This document shows positions 40,788 to 51,944 of a stretch of 64,000 nucleotides of DNA, in pieces; within the stretch, counting starts at the first letter, position 1, and the number at the start of each line of letters is the position of its first letter. Where the stretch lies: positions 41,888-105,887 of the IMG/VR virus record IMGVR_UViG_3300032046_000006; one strand, written 5' to 3'. The notes under the pieces were generated by a model. The model was not told the DNA's origin and ran no database searches. It saw only the letters and a list, made by a program, of their open reading frames with translations. This DNA comes from a virus. Position numbers and translations under genes: made by a program.

Positions 40788-41381
40788 TTAGTCCCAAAAA
40801 GCAAAAAACCATTTCGCAAAAAGTTTCATACCTTCATTGTATTGCTTCTCATATTTTTCTTTCCATTCGACAGGAGTTATATCCAAATCAATATATTTTT
40901 TAGCCAATTCAAATGATTTTATTATTTTATTTTGTATTTCATTCCATTCTTTTTTGGCTTGGTGTTCAGATTTTCCTTTTTTCCAAGTAGGTAATCCAAT
41001 CGAATATTTTTTTAATTGTCTTAATGCTTGAGGAATCATTGTTGACAAATAATTGTCAAAATCCCAAGTATTATTATCGCCAAAACCTCTAAATCCTCTT
41101 TGAAAAAACCAATAAATCCTTCTTGGTAACATATCCAAATAATTCCAAAAATATCTATACCACCAAGATTCTAAATACCATAATAGAGTTCTTTTACTTT
41201 TTAATCCCTTTCTCATTTCTTTCACAGAAATAAATCCTTCCTTAACATCACAAGGTTGCCCGCATTTTTGACAAGTATAATAACAAGTTCCTATTTTCAT
41301 TGTTTTGGGATTATCACCAATGAAATCGGAGCACACTTCTGATTTTACTTCTGCCAAACAACATTTTGAATATTTTTTCAT
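40788..41381 (-). CDS. Hypothetical protein with N-terminal Cys-rich module
   Basis: SKCCLA..DFIGD..IGTCY..CQKCGQPC; FQRG.RG..TWDFD..FWD. Confidence 0.6.
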   Translation of the reverse strand: MKKYSKCCLAEVKSEVCSDFIGDNPKTMKIGTCYYTCQKCGQPCDVKEGFISVKEMRKGLKSKRTLLWYLESWWYRYFWNYLDMLPRRIYWFFQRGFRGFGDNNTWDFDNYLSTMIPQALRQLKKYSIGLPTWKKGKSEHQAKKEWNEIQNKIIKSFELAKKYIDLDITPVEWKEKYEKQYNEGMKLFAKWFFAFWD

Positions 41382-41848
41382 TATTCCTCCTATTTATAGA
41401 CCATCGCAAAATGTTTAATTTCTTTCCATAAATCTCTTTCACTATTAGCTCTAAACATTGTCTTTCTTCCTTGCCCATGTTCTATTGTAACTAAAAAAGC
41501 AACGCATTTATTATCAATGCCACTATCATCTTGGTATTGCTCAACTAATCGGTCTATTTTTATGGTTACATCTCGGAAGATTTTATCTTTTAATCTTTTT
41601 TTCATTTTATAATCCTATTCGTAGGCGTTCTAAAACTTTTATTTCTTCTTCGTGCTCGGATAATATTCTAATGTATTCGTCCAATACTTTTAATCCTTCA
41701 TCTACATAATCTTTTAAGTTTCCGCTTGCACCAGGTATTATTCGATTTATATAGTCCCATAAATATCCATGTAATTCTTTAATGTAATCAAAAATTTCGC
41801 TATTTGAATCTATTTTATCTTCTCCCAAAAATGCGAAAGGTCTATCTT

Positions 41849-42181
41849 TCATCTTTTCTCCTTTAATAATCGGCATAAATCTGAAAAAGTTAAACAAACC
41901 ATAATACCTTCTATAGGATGTTTAATAACATAAAGAACTTTTTTTGAACTACCAAAAGGAATTGAATTTAATAATTTTTGCCAAACTTTTATTTTAAACC
42001 AATTATCGTCGTTTTTATCTTCTACAAATAAATTATAAGAAGTAATATCTCCTATTTCAGTATTATGTAATCCGCCTGAAGAGGCTTTTGATGGGCGAAT
42101 AGGAGGGGTTTCTTTAAAAATCTCTTGAAGTTGGTTAGCGACAAAAATATCTAATTCTTTGCCTTTATCGTAAGTATTCAT
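41849..42181 (-). CDS. PD-(D/E)XK nuclease, Holliday junction resolvase-like
   Basis: KGKELD..SSGG..GDI..FVEDKN. Confidence 0.6.
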   Translation of the reverse strand: MNTYDKGKELDIFVANQLQEIFKETPPIRPSKASSGGLHNTEIGDITSYNLFVEDKNDDNWFKIKVWQKLLNSIPFGSSKKVLYVIKHPIEGIMVCLTFSDLCRLLKEKR

Positions 42182-42420
42182 CTTTATAAATTATTTTTTT
42201 CCATGTTTTAAAACTTTAACAATAGAATTGAATTTTCTTTTATCTTCGGTTTCTTGCATTTTTTGTGTAGTTAATTTAAAAGCATCCATTAAAAATTGTT
42301 CTGAAAGATTAATTTTGTGTATTATTGAAGAATGATTGCGAAACATTTTTCTAAAAAGAGAATAATTTTTTCTCATTGAATCATAAATTTGATTTAATTT
42401 AATTATATGTTTTATTAAAC

Positions 42421-44352
42421 TCATAAATTATTTTTTAATTTTATCTCTTTGGTCTCAAAATTAAAATATGTTTCTTTTATTGCTGTTGAATAATGCCCTA
42501 TCGGATTCCTAATTTTATCACAACTAAAATGAGATACTAATCCAATATCATTATCATCCCAAATAAAACGTGCAGCAAAAGCAGGATAGGTATTGATTAA
42601 ATCAGGAGCAAACCATTCATGGGTCGTTTTCCTGATTTGAACAAATATAACCAAAATCCCGCCACTTCTTCGCATCTCTTCATTAAAATGTTTTAAAATA
42701 CTTTGAGTCTTAGCAAAATCTTCGGCTTGGTCAAGCCAATCAATAATTGTAAATGAATGAGATTGGATTTCTATTTGCATAGGATTTACGGGAGGATGGT
42801 CATCATCTACTTTTGGTGTATAATAATCGTTGCAAGTTAATCCCATTGCCTTAATATCTTCTTCAAAAGAACTTCCACTTTCTAATGGAATATAATATGG
42901 TTTTACTCCTTGTTCTTTAAGTTGTTTTATGAAGTTGACTGCGAGTGTCGTTTTGCCTTCCCCATAAGCGCCACCGATTAAAATAATATTTCCTTCATAA
43001 AATTTGGCAACTTCATTAAAATAAGGCATTTTTATAAGAGAAAGAGGATTAATTATTTGAGGTTCATCAGTCCAGTCCACTTGTTGTTTACAATTATATT
43101 TTCCTCTTCCTACTCTACTCAATTTTCCTTCTTTATGCAACTTAGCCAAATATTTATCAACTGTTGCTCTTTTTTTATTATCCCCAGGAAAAACATGGTC
43201 TATTATATCTTTTGCTCCAATATCGTTTTGAATTATTTGGCATGCATCATAAATCGATTGTTCTTGGGTTTGTTCTTCGGTTCCTTTGTATCCTTCAAGA
43301 CTTCCTAACATTGCCTCAATGACATTTGTTGGCATTGGATTTCTTAACCAATTTTTATTTAAATAAAATAAAATTCCTTTAACTATATCTACTGGCAATC
43401 CCATTTTTACTAATACTCCTCCGAAACGAACAAAAGTATCGTTGCAGCATCCTTCAAGATTATTGTTCACTAATTCTATGGGATGTTCTATTGCATCTTT
43501 AGTTTTTTGCGATAATTCGGATGTTGATTCTGTTTTTCTGCCTTTATCTACCTCTATTAATTCCAATAATTTAGATTTTAATTCTGAAGAAATTATTTTT
43601 ATTTCCACCCCAAGATTAATCCAATTATAAGAATTTCCTTCGTATTTAGAAGGAGAAACTAAAAAATATCCTTTCTCAGTTCGGGTATCTATGGCTAAAC
43701 CAGCCACATTTACCTTTTGTTTAACCCAAAGTTTCGAATCAAAAATAAATACGAAATGTTTCCCGCCTCTTGGGGTATTTTGGGTTAAAGTTTTATTATC
43801 TTCTAATAATTTTTTTAATTCATCTCTTAGAGGAATAGATTCTTCTTTTATTTCTTTATCATCAAAATCAATTATCATTACATTACTAAATTCGCAATTG
43901 ACTGCTAAATTACATCCGCTTTCTAACCAATTTAACCATTTAGATTTTTCTTTAGTGCTTACTCCTTCTTCTCTCCAATGTTCATCTTTTAATGGCTTTT
44001 TACTATTTTTAGCAATAGCAAATAAACTCCATCCGTACTTTTGATAGGCGTCGAGTTCAGGACATACATCCATTTTCATAGTATCGGTCATAAAGGAGAC
44101 AATTTCGTCATTTGTAAGGTTGGGTTTTTTTTCTACTAAACGAATAAGGTCATAGGTATCTCCTTTAAATCCGCATACAAGACAATACCATTTACTTGAC
44201 CCAGGAATAGTAGTCATCGTAGGAGAAATAGATTGAAATTTATGTTCTGATTGTTGAGGACAAGTAATTAAAATCTGTCCCCGCTTACTGGTTTTAGTAA
44301 AATTAGGAATCTTTTCTTTTAGATATTTTAATAGGTCTTCTACATTAATCAT
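42421..44352 (-). CDS. Zn-finger + bifunctional primase-polymerase + RecA-type helicase
   Basis: CP..H..CLVC; NLAV..IIDFD; TPRGGKHF; GGAYGEGKTT; IIDWL. Confidence 0.85.
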   Translation of the reverse strand: MINVEDLLKYLKEKIPNFTKTSKRGQILITCPQQSEHKFQSISPTMTTIPGSSKWYCLVCGFKGDTYDLIRLVEKKPNLTNDEIVSFMTDTMKMDVCPELDAYQKYGWSLFAIAKNSKKPLKDEHWREEGVSTKEKSKWLNWLESGCNLAVNCEFSNVMIIDFDDKEIKEESIPLRDELKKLLEDNKTLTQNTPRGGKHFVFIFDSKLWVKQKVNVAGLAIDTRTEKGYFLVSPSKYEGNSYNWINLGVEIKIISSELKSKLLELIEVDKGRKTESTSELSQKTKDAIEHPIELVNNNLEGCCNDTFVRFGGVLVKMGLPVDIVKGILFYLNKNWLRNPMPTNVIEAMLGSLEGYKGTEEQTQEQSIYDACQIIQNDIGAKDIIDHVFPGDNKKRATVDKYLAKLHKEGKLSRVGRGKYNCKQQVDWTDEPQIINPLSLIKMPYFNEVAKFYEGNIILIGGAYGEGKTTLAVNFIKQLKEQGVKPYYIPLESGSSFEEDIKAMGLTCNDYYTPKVDDDHPPVNPMQIEIQSHSFTIIDWLDQAEDFAKTQSILKHFNEEMRRSGGILVIFVQIRKTTHEWFAPDLINTYPAFAARFIWDDNDIGLVSHFSCDKIRNPIGHYSTAIKETYFNFETKEIKLKNNL

Positions 44353-44701
44353 TTTATAATTGCTCCCATTCTATTTCTTTAGTTTTTTCAATTAAGTTAT
44401 TTCCACATTCTAAACATCTAGTCCAATAATGAACAAAAATTACATAACCAGTTACATCCAACCAAGATTCTACGACAGCAGTTTGTTTAGTTTCTTTTTG
44501 GCAAAATGGGCAATTACTATGAATAGTTCTCATTTTTAATATCTGTAATCATATTGATATATTTCTTCTTTTCCGCAACGCTGACATTTATAATGACCAT
44601 AAATAGACATTCCACTATCTATTCTGGTTACTATAAAATTATTATGTCCAAATAAATAACAAATTAATTTTTTTAACATTTTATTCAAAAAAAATGAATA
44701 T

Positions 44702-45250
44702 CTATTCAGCCCGAAGATAATCTAATAATTGTTCAGCTATTATTTTTACCGCTTCTGCTATAGTTTGCGGGTCGCTTCCTGCAAAATTACCGCTTACCGC
44801 CGCTCCTGCCGCATTGATAGAATTTCCTTTCATTATTTGAGCAGTTTTCTCAGGATTATCATAATTGGTATATGTTCTTTCTTTTTTTGTTTCGTTAGGT
44901 TTTGTTTCTTCTTTAGGTGATATATCTTTACAACCCCAACATTTAGGATAATTAACTCCTTTTCCTTTTAATTCTTTTCCGCAAACTGAACAATTAGTAT
45001 AAGTTCCACCTGTATCTTCTTTGGGAGATTCTGTTTTTGCTCCGCCAGAAACTTCTTTGATTAATGTTACTTCTCTTTTTACTCCTTTTTGAAAATAGGT
45101 AACTTCTACTACTTTTCCTTCGTCAATCTTTGCAAGAAAAGGAACTACATTATCATTAGCATTAAACCAACCTTCCTGCCCTTCCAAAATAAAACCCTTG
45201 CCATTTCCCGCTTTCTTTGTTATCTTTGATGTTAGTGTTAATACAGCCAT
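44702..45250 (-). CDS. Putative ssDNA-binding protein with Zn finger
   Basis: OB-like N-terminus, CSVC..CWGC; replication context. Confidence 0.35.
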   Translation of the reverse strand: MAVLTLTSKITKKAGNGKGFILEGQEGWFNANDNVVPFLAKIDEGKVVEVTYFQKGVKREVTLIKEVSGGAKTESPKEDTGGTYTNCSVCGKELKGKGVNYPKCWGCKDISPKEETKPNETKKERTYTNYDNPEKTAQIMKGNSINAAGAAVSGNFAGSDPQTIAEAVKIIAEQLLDYLRAE

Positions 45251-46578
45251 TTTTTATTCCTCCTTTTCGTTTATTAATTCTATTCTAATTTTATGAACGC
45301 AATCAAATCCGGATAAAGATTTATTTTTCAATAAATAATTAATATCATCCTTATTTACTTCAATTGTAATAAATCCATCTTTAAAAATTTCAAAATACAT
45401 TATTCCTCCTTTTTAATTAATTTAATGTTTCCTTTAAAATGAAACTCTATTAGTTTTCCATCTTTATCTATTATTACATTGCCATTATCACCTCTTAAAT
45501 AACAAGTAAATTCTCCGGTTTCGTCGTCTGCTTCTTGAACTCCAGGAATTATAGTATCGGTATTCATATCAATAACATTATATTCAAAATGTTTTGGATT
45601 TTCAATATTAAGATACATTCTTTTTCTCCTTTTTAAATAATTTTTAAAATTCTATTATTTTTATCAACATAACTGTAAAATTTTTTTAAAATTTTTACTC
45701 TATTCTTCCCAAAGGTTTCAATTTACTAATTTCTTCATCAATTGTTAATAACTTTCTATTAATGTTTTCAATTAAAGTAAAAATTTGGTTAACTACTGTT
45801 GATGATATAGTATCTTCCAAATCTGGAAAACAACCTAATTTTTCTCTAATTTCACTTACTCTTCGATAAGTTATCAATAATTCATTTACAACTGTTATAA
45901 CTTGTTTTTCTTCCATTTTAAATTCCTCCTTTTTAATATTCTTGAGATATTCTTTTTGATAAATTCTTAAATTCTTTTTTGGATAGTTTTCTCTTTTTTG
46001 AATTATCCTTGCTCTCATTATTTCCACTCAAATCAATATCAAAACTATCCGATAATTGTGCTATTTCTTTTATTTTATCTTTAGTTGCATAAGATTGAAT
46101 TTCAAAATAAGCAGGTTTATCTAATGGTTCGCCAGTAACTTTAAGATAAAGACTAAACCCTTTCCTAATTATTTTTCCTTTATTCATATATTTCTCCTTT
46201 TAAACATTTTTTACATCTTTTTATTCCTGCGAAATTTTTCAATAAATTCGATTTAAACAAAAAACATCTAAATCTTGGATTGTCTTCTCTATAATCTTGG
46301 CAATCGCAATAATAACAATATCCGCAATATTTTTTATCAGGAGCAACATTTATAGTATAAATTCCTCTAACTTTTATAATTGGCATTATTATTCCTTATT
46401 TCAAAGTATCAGCATCTATTGCATACTTTCCATATATAAAAATATAATGACTTTCCGAATACTTTCCAGTTCCATTACATACTTTACATTCTTTTTGGGG
46501 AATTGGTTTGCCTCCAATATTAGAACAACAATAACAAGATGATTTTGTTATTTTTTTAATTACTTTAAGTTTTTTCAT

Positions 46579-47319
46579 TTATTTTTCCAATTTGTAAATT
46601 TTAGCAAATTTAATTTGCATACTTTTAAATGGAATTTTATGTGGATATAAATTTTTTGGAATTATTTTGTTCAATGCTTCTTTAATCGGATTCTCGATAT
46701 ATTCGGGAAGAGGATTTATCAAATCAACAATCATTTTTCTCTTTATGAATTCTGCTTCTGAAGAAGGCTTGGTTAATAAATTATCCGACTTATCCCCCTG
46801 AATCTTTTCAAGCAAAACTTTGGTTGGGTTAAGAACTACTTTAAATTTTTTACTGCGTGGTGAAAAAATAGAAACATTTGAAAAAGTTAATAACATCTCC
46901 CAATCGACATCACTTGAAATTAAAATTATCTCCTTATTTCTATAATAACGACAACAAACGCTTGCAATATCATCAGCCTCCGCCTTATAAATTTTAATTT
47001 GATGAATGGGTAAACTTATATTCATTTTTTCATATAAATTATTGAATTTCTTATAACATACTGCTCGCCATTCTTTTTCTTGTTCTGCTATTATGGCTCT
47101 CTGTGCCTTATAAGATTTGTCGATTTCTTTTCTCCAAGAACCATAATCTAATGCAAGGATAATTTCATCATCTAAAGTAACATTCAATTTATTAAAATAA
47201 CCGCTTATCATATTTAAATAGGTATATTCTACGGGAACATTCGGATTTGCCTTTGAGGCATACATGGCGATAAACTGTATATTTCCGCCATCTATTACTA
47301 TGACTCTTTCATTTACCAT
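46579..47319 (-). CDS. 5'-3' exonuclease / RNase H (PIN, T4-type)
   Basis: VIDG, YKAQR, EADDIA, SSD.D, GDKSDN. Confidence 0.88.
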   Translation of the reverse strand: MVNERVIVIDGGNIQFIAMYASKANPNVPVEYTYLNMISGYFNKLNVTLDDEIILALDYGSWRKEIDKSYKAQRAIIAEQEKEWRAVCYKKFNNLYEKMNISLPIHQIKIYKAEADDIASVCCRYYRNKEIILISSDVDWEMLLTFSNVSIFSPRSKKFKVVLNPTKVLLEKIQGDKSDNLLTKPSSEAEFIKRKMIVDLINPLPEYIENPIKEALNKIIPKNLYPHKIPFKSMQIKFAKIYKLEK

Positions 47320-47323
47320 TTTA

Positions 47324-47770
47324 TTAATTTTCTTCCTTTTCTCTCGAATATTCTCTTCTATTTCCTTCTATTCTATCTTTTGCATCAAAAATTAATGCCT
47401 CTGCTGACCTAATATATCCACATAATAAATCTCGCAAATCTCTAAATACTCTAACATAATCTTTCGATAATTTTTCTGTAGCTCCATCCTTAAAACCCGT
47501 GCCCAAGGTTTCCTTTTGTTCTGCATAATAACGATATTCTTTTTGTTTTTTTATAGATAATGCTTTGCTATAAATAGGTTGAAGAGTTGCTACAATACCT
47601 GTTAATCTGGTCTTTGCTTCTCTTAATTCATCACTTGCAGATAAAATATCTCCTATAAATTGAGCAGCATAATCGTCTATAGTATCAAACATTTCTTGGC
47701 AATCTTTCAATAATTGGGTTACTCCTATTTCACCTTCATCAAAATATTTTTGAATTTTATCATAACGCAT
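47324..47770 (-). CDS. Helical protein, possibly UvsY-like recombination mediator
   Basis: Size, coiled-coil character, YRYY motif and context. Confidence 0.35.
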   Translation of the reverse strand: MRYDKIQKYFDEGEIGVTQLLKDCQEMFDTIDDYAAQFIGDILSASDELREAKTRLTGIVATLQPIYSKALSIKKQKEYRYYAEQKETLGTGFKDGATEKLSKDYVRVFRDLRDLLCGYIRSAEALIFDAKDRIEGNRREYSREKEEN

Positions 47771-48003
47771 TATTTTCTCCTTTTTTGCCGGCGTTCTAAT
47801 TTTCTTTTTCTTTCGATTCCCCCTAATAATTTATGTCTAATCTCTGATTTTTTGATGTGGTATTTTCTTTCTTTAATTTCCTGCAATATTCCTTCTTTTA
47901 TCACCTTTTTCAAGAAATCTTTTAACATCTTCTCAAAGGCAAAATCTACTGGAATATTTTCTGATAATTTAATTTCTTTTTTGATTTCTTTTGGGTCTGT
48001 CAT
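47770..48003 (-). CDS. rpsU: Ribosomal protein bS21 homolog
   Basis: FEKMLKDFLKKVIKEGILQEIKERKYHIKKSEIR matches the bS21 consensus; basic tail. Confidence 0.8.
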   Translation of the reverse strand: MTDPKEIKKEIKLSENIPVDFAFEKMLKDFLKKVIKEGILQEIKERKYHIKKSEIRHKLLGGIERKRKLERRQKRRK

Positions 48004-48392
48004 TTTATTCCTTTTTCGATGAATGGACGGGTTTCTTTTTCTTTTAAAATTTCAAATAAATAACCTTGAGTATTAAATAAAATAGCGCATAAAGCCTCTA
48101 TCATACTTATTTCTTCGCCTGTTCGTTTATCTATTCTTTTATATCCTCTATGAATCGCCCAAACATCCAATACATGTCTTAATAAAGATTTCATATATGC
48201 AGTCTTGGGGATTCCTTTTTTCCAATTATCTGAATCTCTTAATTTCCCATCTGCCTGTTTGCGATGTTTAGTCATATAATTACCAAATGCCTCTATTACC
48301 AAGGGGTCATAGAATCCTTCGTAATCTGCTTTTCCTTCCTCGGAATTTCTAGTTGCCCCCGAAGAAAAAGTTCTCATGGTTTTGTTTTCCAT
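48000..48392 (-). CDS. dATP/dGTP diphosphohydrolase-like (DUF5664-type) protein
   Basis: RTFSSGATR..GK.DY..DNWKKGIP..SLLRH..AILFN. Confidence 0.7.
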   Translation of the reverse strand: MENKTMRTFSSGATRNSEEGKADYEGFYDPLVIEAFGNYMTKHRKQADGKLRDSDNWKKGIPKTAYMKSLLRHVLDVWAIHRGYKRIDKRTGEEISMIEALCAILFNTQGYLFEILKEKETRPFIEKGIK

Positions 48393-48393
48393 A

Positions 48394-48828
48394 TTATTCT
48401 CCTTTATTCCAAGGAATATGTCCTTTTTTAAATCTGGTTTTAAATCCATTTTTAGGAGCTGTTCTGTTCAATCCATATAAATAAGCATGTTTATTGTTTT
48501 CTCTTTTTGTTACCCATTCTAAATTTGTAAATAAATTATTTAATTTATTACCATCTCTGTGATTAACTTCTGGTTTGTTTCTTAAATTTAACACAAAATA
48601 TTGGGCTACTAATCTATGAATAGAAAAATCTTTATGTTGTTTATTATGATATAATCTAATTCTTCTATATTCCCAACTCAAAAAAGGTTTTAATATTCTT
48701 TCTCTTAATTTTTGTGGTTTACTTCCTTTATGTCCGCAATACAATAATCTTGAAATTCTCTTAACTCTTCCATGAGAACTAATTTTATAATTATCATATT
48801 CTTTAATAGTTTTCCAAAATTCACGCAT
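48394..48828 (-). CDS. NUMOD4-HNH endonuclease
   Basis: EFWK.I..Y.ISS.GRV, IHRLVA, VNHRDGNKLNN..NLEWVT..EN. Confidence 0.92.
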   Translation of the reverse strand: MREFWKTIKEYDNYKISSHGRVKRISRLLYCGHKGSKPQKLRERILKPFLSWEYRRIRLYHNKQHKDFSIHRLVAQYFVLNLRNKPEVNHRDGNKLNNLFTNLEWVTKRENNKHAYLYGLNRTAPKNGFKTRFKKGHIPWNKGE

Positions 48829-48838
48829 TTTATTCTCC

Positions 48839-49918
48839 TTAACGAAATTCTGTTGCATTTTTTCTTAATAAATATTCTTCACTAAGATTTTTTAATATCT
48901 TTCTTCCAAAAATTCTACCTTTATATTCATACTTTTCATTTTCTATTTTAGGTTTTATTACACAACCTTCTCTTATTTGTTCTGAACATCGTAAGGACTT
49001 TCCATCGGTGCATAATTTTAAGGTATCATAAGTATATTGCCCCTCAAATAAAACAGGAACATAAGGCAAATTATATTGAATACAAAAAGAAACAACATCA
49101 CACCAATCCAAATATTTATTTTTATATTTTATATCGAAAATAATTAAATCTCTTCCTTTTATTCCATAAGTCAAATCTTGAATTCCTTCGCCATAAATTT
49201 CCCCATAAATAATGTAATCTGTAGGAATGATTTTATCTAAATTATATTTTTTTACCATTTCATACCAAATGTCTTCTTTGTAAAATCCCTTATGAAGAGA
49301 ATATTTTTTCTTTTGGACAGTATGCGATCCGTATACGAATTCATACTTTTTCCCAAACAAAAACATAATTATATTCCATAAATTATTTTTGGGTCTTGGA
49401 AGATTGCCTACCCGAAAATTGCTTCCATGAATTTTCTCGCTAATTATTACTTCTTCGCCTTCCAGAAACATATCCGAAAAGTGTTTGAAGTTTTCTATAT
49501 CAGTATACTTGTCAAATAGAGGATTTAATTTCTTTTTTGTTACCTGTCCTTGCGACTGATTGATTGCTGGCTCCGGAACTTCGTATTTGGTTATACCTAA
49601 CATTTCTGCTACATTCATTCCTTCGTTAAGTTTATAATCTTCTGGAACATCTAAAATTAACCCTTGTGAAATTTCTCCTCGCAACTTTATGGTTCCTACT
49701 CTCCCATTTTTCTTTAAAAATTCTAATTTATATTTTTCAATAAGATTGGTAGGAATAATACTATCAGGAGGGCAAAAAATAACTAAATCCCCTTCCTTAT
49801 ATTGGTCTAATCCTACAATACATCTCCATCCCTTGATAGTAATAATTGAAAGTTTGTCTGCATTGGGATGTTTTTCTATCTTATTTACTTTACAAATTTC
49901 AACAATAAGTTGGCTCAC
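48839..49918 (-). CDS. RNA ligase (Rnl5/DRB0094-like)
   Basis: HPNADKL, KLRGEISQG, EKIHGSN, GEIYG, FDI, EGCVIK, K..SEEYL. Confidence 0.9.
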   Translation of the reverse strand: MSQLIVEICKVNKIEKHPNADKLSIITIKGWRCIVGLDQYKEGDLVIFCPPDSIIPTNLIEKYKLEFLKKNGRVGTIKLRGEISQGLILDVPEDYKLNEGMNVAEMLGITKYEVPEPAINQSQGQVTKKKLNPLFDKYTDIENFKHFSDMFLEGEEVIISEKIHGSNFRVGNLPRPKNNLWNIIMFLFGKKYEFVYGSHTVQKKKYSLHKGFYKEDIWYEMVKKYNLDKIIPTDYIIYGEIYGEGIQDLTYGIKGRDLIIFDIKYKNKYLDWCDVVSFCIQYNLPYVPVLFEGQYTYDTLKLCTDGKSLRCSEQIREGCVIKPKIENEKYEYKGRIFGRKILKNLSEEYLLRKNATEFR

Positions 49919-50529
49919 TTCTTCTCCTCTTTAGGTTCTTTTCTTTTTAATTTATATTTTTCGTCAATAAATCTTAGGTATTCAGGTAGTGTATTAAAAA
50001 CTTCTCCTTCACTTACAAGAATTATTTGTAATAAACTTTTCGGCAAATCTTTTTTTGGCATATCGGTAATGAGATAAATGGGAATTCCATGTTCAACTGA
50101 GATACCACATTCGGCAAACGATCCGCATGGGCGATCGCCTTTATTATAAATAAAGGTCAACCAATCTGACATTAATACATAAGCAATATCACCAGGAATA
50201 TGCACTAATTCGTTTTTTCCATCGATGTATCTCTTCCCTTTCCAAATCTCTTTTGCACGTTCTTTGAATAAATCCCAATTTCCTGAAGAAACCCATCCTA
50301 TCATTTTTTCTTTTATTTCCTCAGTTTTCATTCCTGTTTTTGATGCTTCTAATGAAACTGGGTCAATTGGATAAACATTCCTTAATAATAACTCTTTTTT
50401 TGGTTCTGTTCTTTTTCCAGTACCATCATCTTTTTCAGCACAAATTTCCATTGAGCCGATAAGATAGCTTACATACTTAAATTGTTCTTCTAATTGGTCT
50501 GGAGTAGGATATGATTTATTTTCTTCCAT
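49915..50529 (-). CDS. Nucleoside 2-deoxyribosyltransferase-like N-glycosidase
   Basis: YLIGSM, IDP, DIAYVLMSD, GSFAECG, IPIYL. Confidence 0.6.
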   Translation of the reverse strand: MEENKSYPTPDQLEEQFKYVSYLIGSMEICAEKDDGTGKRTEPKKELLLRNVYPIDPVSLEASKTGMKTEEIKEKMIGWVSSGNWDLFKERAKEIWKGKRYIDGKNELVHIPGDIAYVLMSDWLTFIYNKGDRPCGSFAECGISVEHGIPIYLITDMPKKDLPKSLLQIILVSEGEVFNTLPEYLRFIDEKYKLKRKEPKEEKK

Positions 50530-51533
50530 TAATTTATATCTCCCATAAACTGTATTATTTGATTAAGTCTAATTGCACCATTTGTAACAAATGGAGGAAA
50601 AATCCCTACTGAATTTGCAATAATAATAGAAATTATTCCTATTAATTTGCCTTCTAAAGTATAAATTCCCCCCCCAGAAGCACCAAAATAAGAATGGTCT
50701 TGAAAATAACAATAAAATCCACCATACTTAATTATTCGCCCTTTACTAATTACATCATCTATTCCCAAAGGATTTCCCACAACATATATTTCCGAACCTT
50801 GCGTCGATTCGATTTCGGCAAGTTCTGTATATGCTATAGGTATATAATTCGGATTTTCGGGTTTAAAAAGTGCAATATCTCTTTCCTTATCTAACTTAAC
50901 TAACTTTAATTTACAAATAATTTCTCCCTTTTCCTTCAAATATAATAAATCCTTTTCATCTTCCACCAAATGTCCTGCACTTAAAATATAATAATGGTTT
51001 TTATATAAAACAAAACTTCCACTACCTTGCCAGGCTCCTGTATTATTAAATATCATTACATTAATATCTCGAAATTTATTTTCTAATTTTTGAGTATTTT
51101 CTTTATCTTTATTTATTTTTTGTTCAATATTTGAATCTTCTTTTATTTCATCTGTCAATCGTTGTTCTTCTATTTCATTTTTTAAGGAATCTATTTCTAT
51201 TGATATTTTGTCTTTTGTTTGTTGCCCTAATTCTTTTTTTAAAGAATCTGTCTTTTCTAATAATTCATTTTTTGATACCTTATCTTCCATAAGTTTTATT
51301 ATTGTATCTTTTAATTCATCATTTTTAATAAGAATAGTTTTAATCTCTTTTTCTATATTCTCAGTATTTGTATTTATATTATTAATAGAATATCCAATAA
51401 TCGATAACCCTTCGGATATATAAGAAATTTCTCGTTTAATATTTATTATAGTTACAATATCTAATATCAATATAAAAGTCAAACTACCTATTACAAAAAA
51501 TTCGACAATCCGATTTAAAATCTTTTTTATCAT
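50529..51533 (-). CDS. Membrane-anchored trypsin-like serine protease with coiled-coil stalk
   Basis: N-terminal TM, coiled coil, SAGHLV, DIA, GNPLG, GASGGG. Confidence 0.85.
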   Translation of the reverse strand: MIKKILNRIVEFFVIGSLTFILILDIVTIINIKREISYISEGLSIIGYSINNINTNTENIEKEIKTILIKNDELKDTIIKLMEDKVSKNELLEKTDSLKKELGQQTKDKISIEIDSLKNEIEEQRLTDEIKEDSNIEQKINKDKENTQKLENKFRDINVMIFNNTGAWQGSGSFVLYKNHYYILSAGHLVEDEKDLLYLKEKGEIICKLKLVKLDKERDIALFKPENPNYIPIAYTELAEIESTQGSEIYVVGNPLGIDDVISKGRIIKYGGFYCYFQDHSYFGASGGGIYTLEGKLIGIISIIIANSVGIFPPFVTNGAIRLNQIIQFMGDIN

Positions 51534-51944
51534 CTTATTTTTCCTTTCCCAAATTCGATATTGGTTCGGGGATTTTCTTTTTTGAGTTCTCCCAAAGTAA
51601 ATTGCAATAAACATTTATAATTACAAAAATGATATTCTTCCGAACCATCCAAATTACTTCCATATCCAAAAGAAAGAGTAATTGGAACACCTAAAAATAA
51701 ATTGGCTCCACATGTATCGCATAAATATTTCTCAAAAGAACCGCCACATTCTTTACATTTATTTTCTTTTTTCATCATATGGTTCCTTCCTTTAATGTTG
51801 TTTTTATAATCTTTTTATCATTATAGCCATAATGAATTAATTCATTTCTATAAAAAAGTGCTTCTTCAATATCTGAAAAAGATTTGGCATAATATACTCT
51901 TGTGTTTCTTTGTGATTCAGTTTTAAAGAATAAGACATAGTGCA

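Noticed and set aside
48000-48392. 2-aminoadenine (Z-genome) pathway
   Set aside because: No PurZ-like gene is visible in this window
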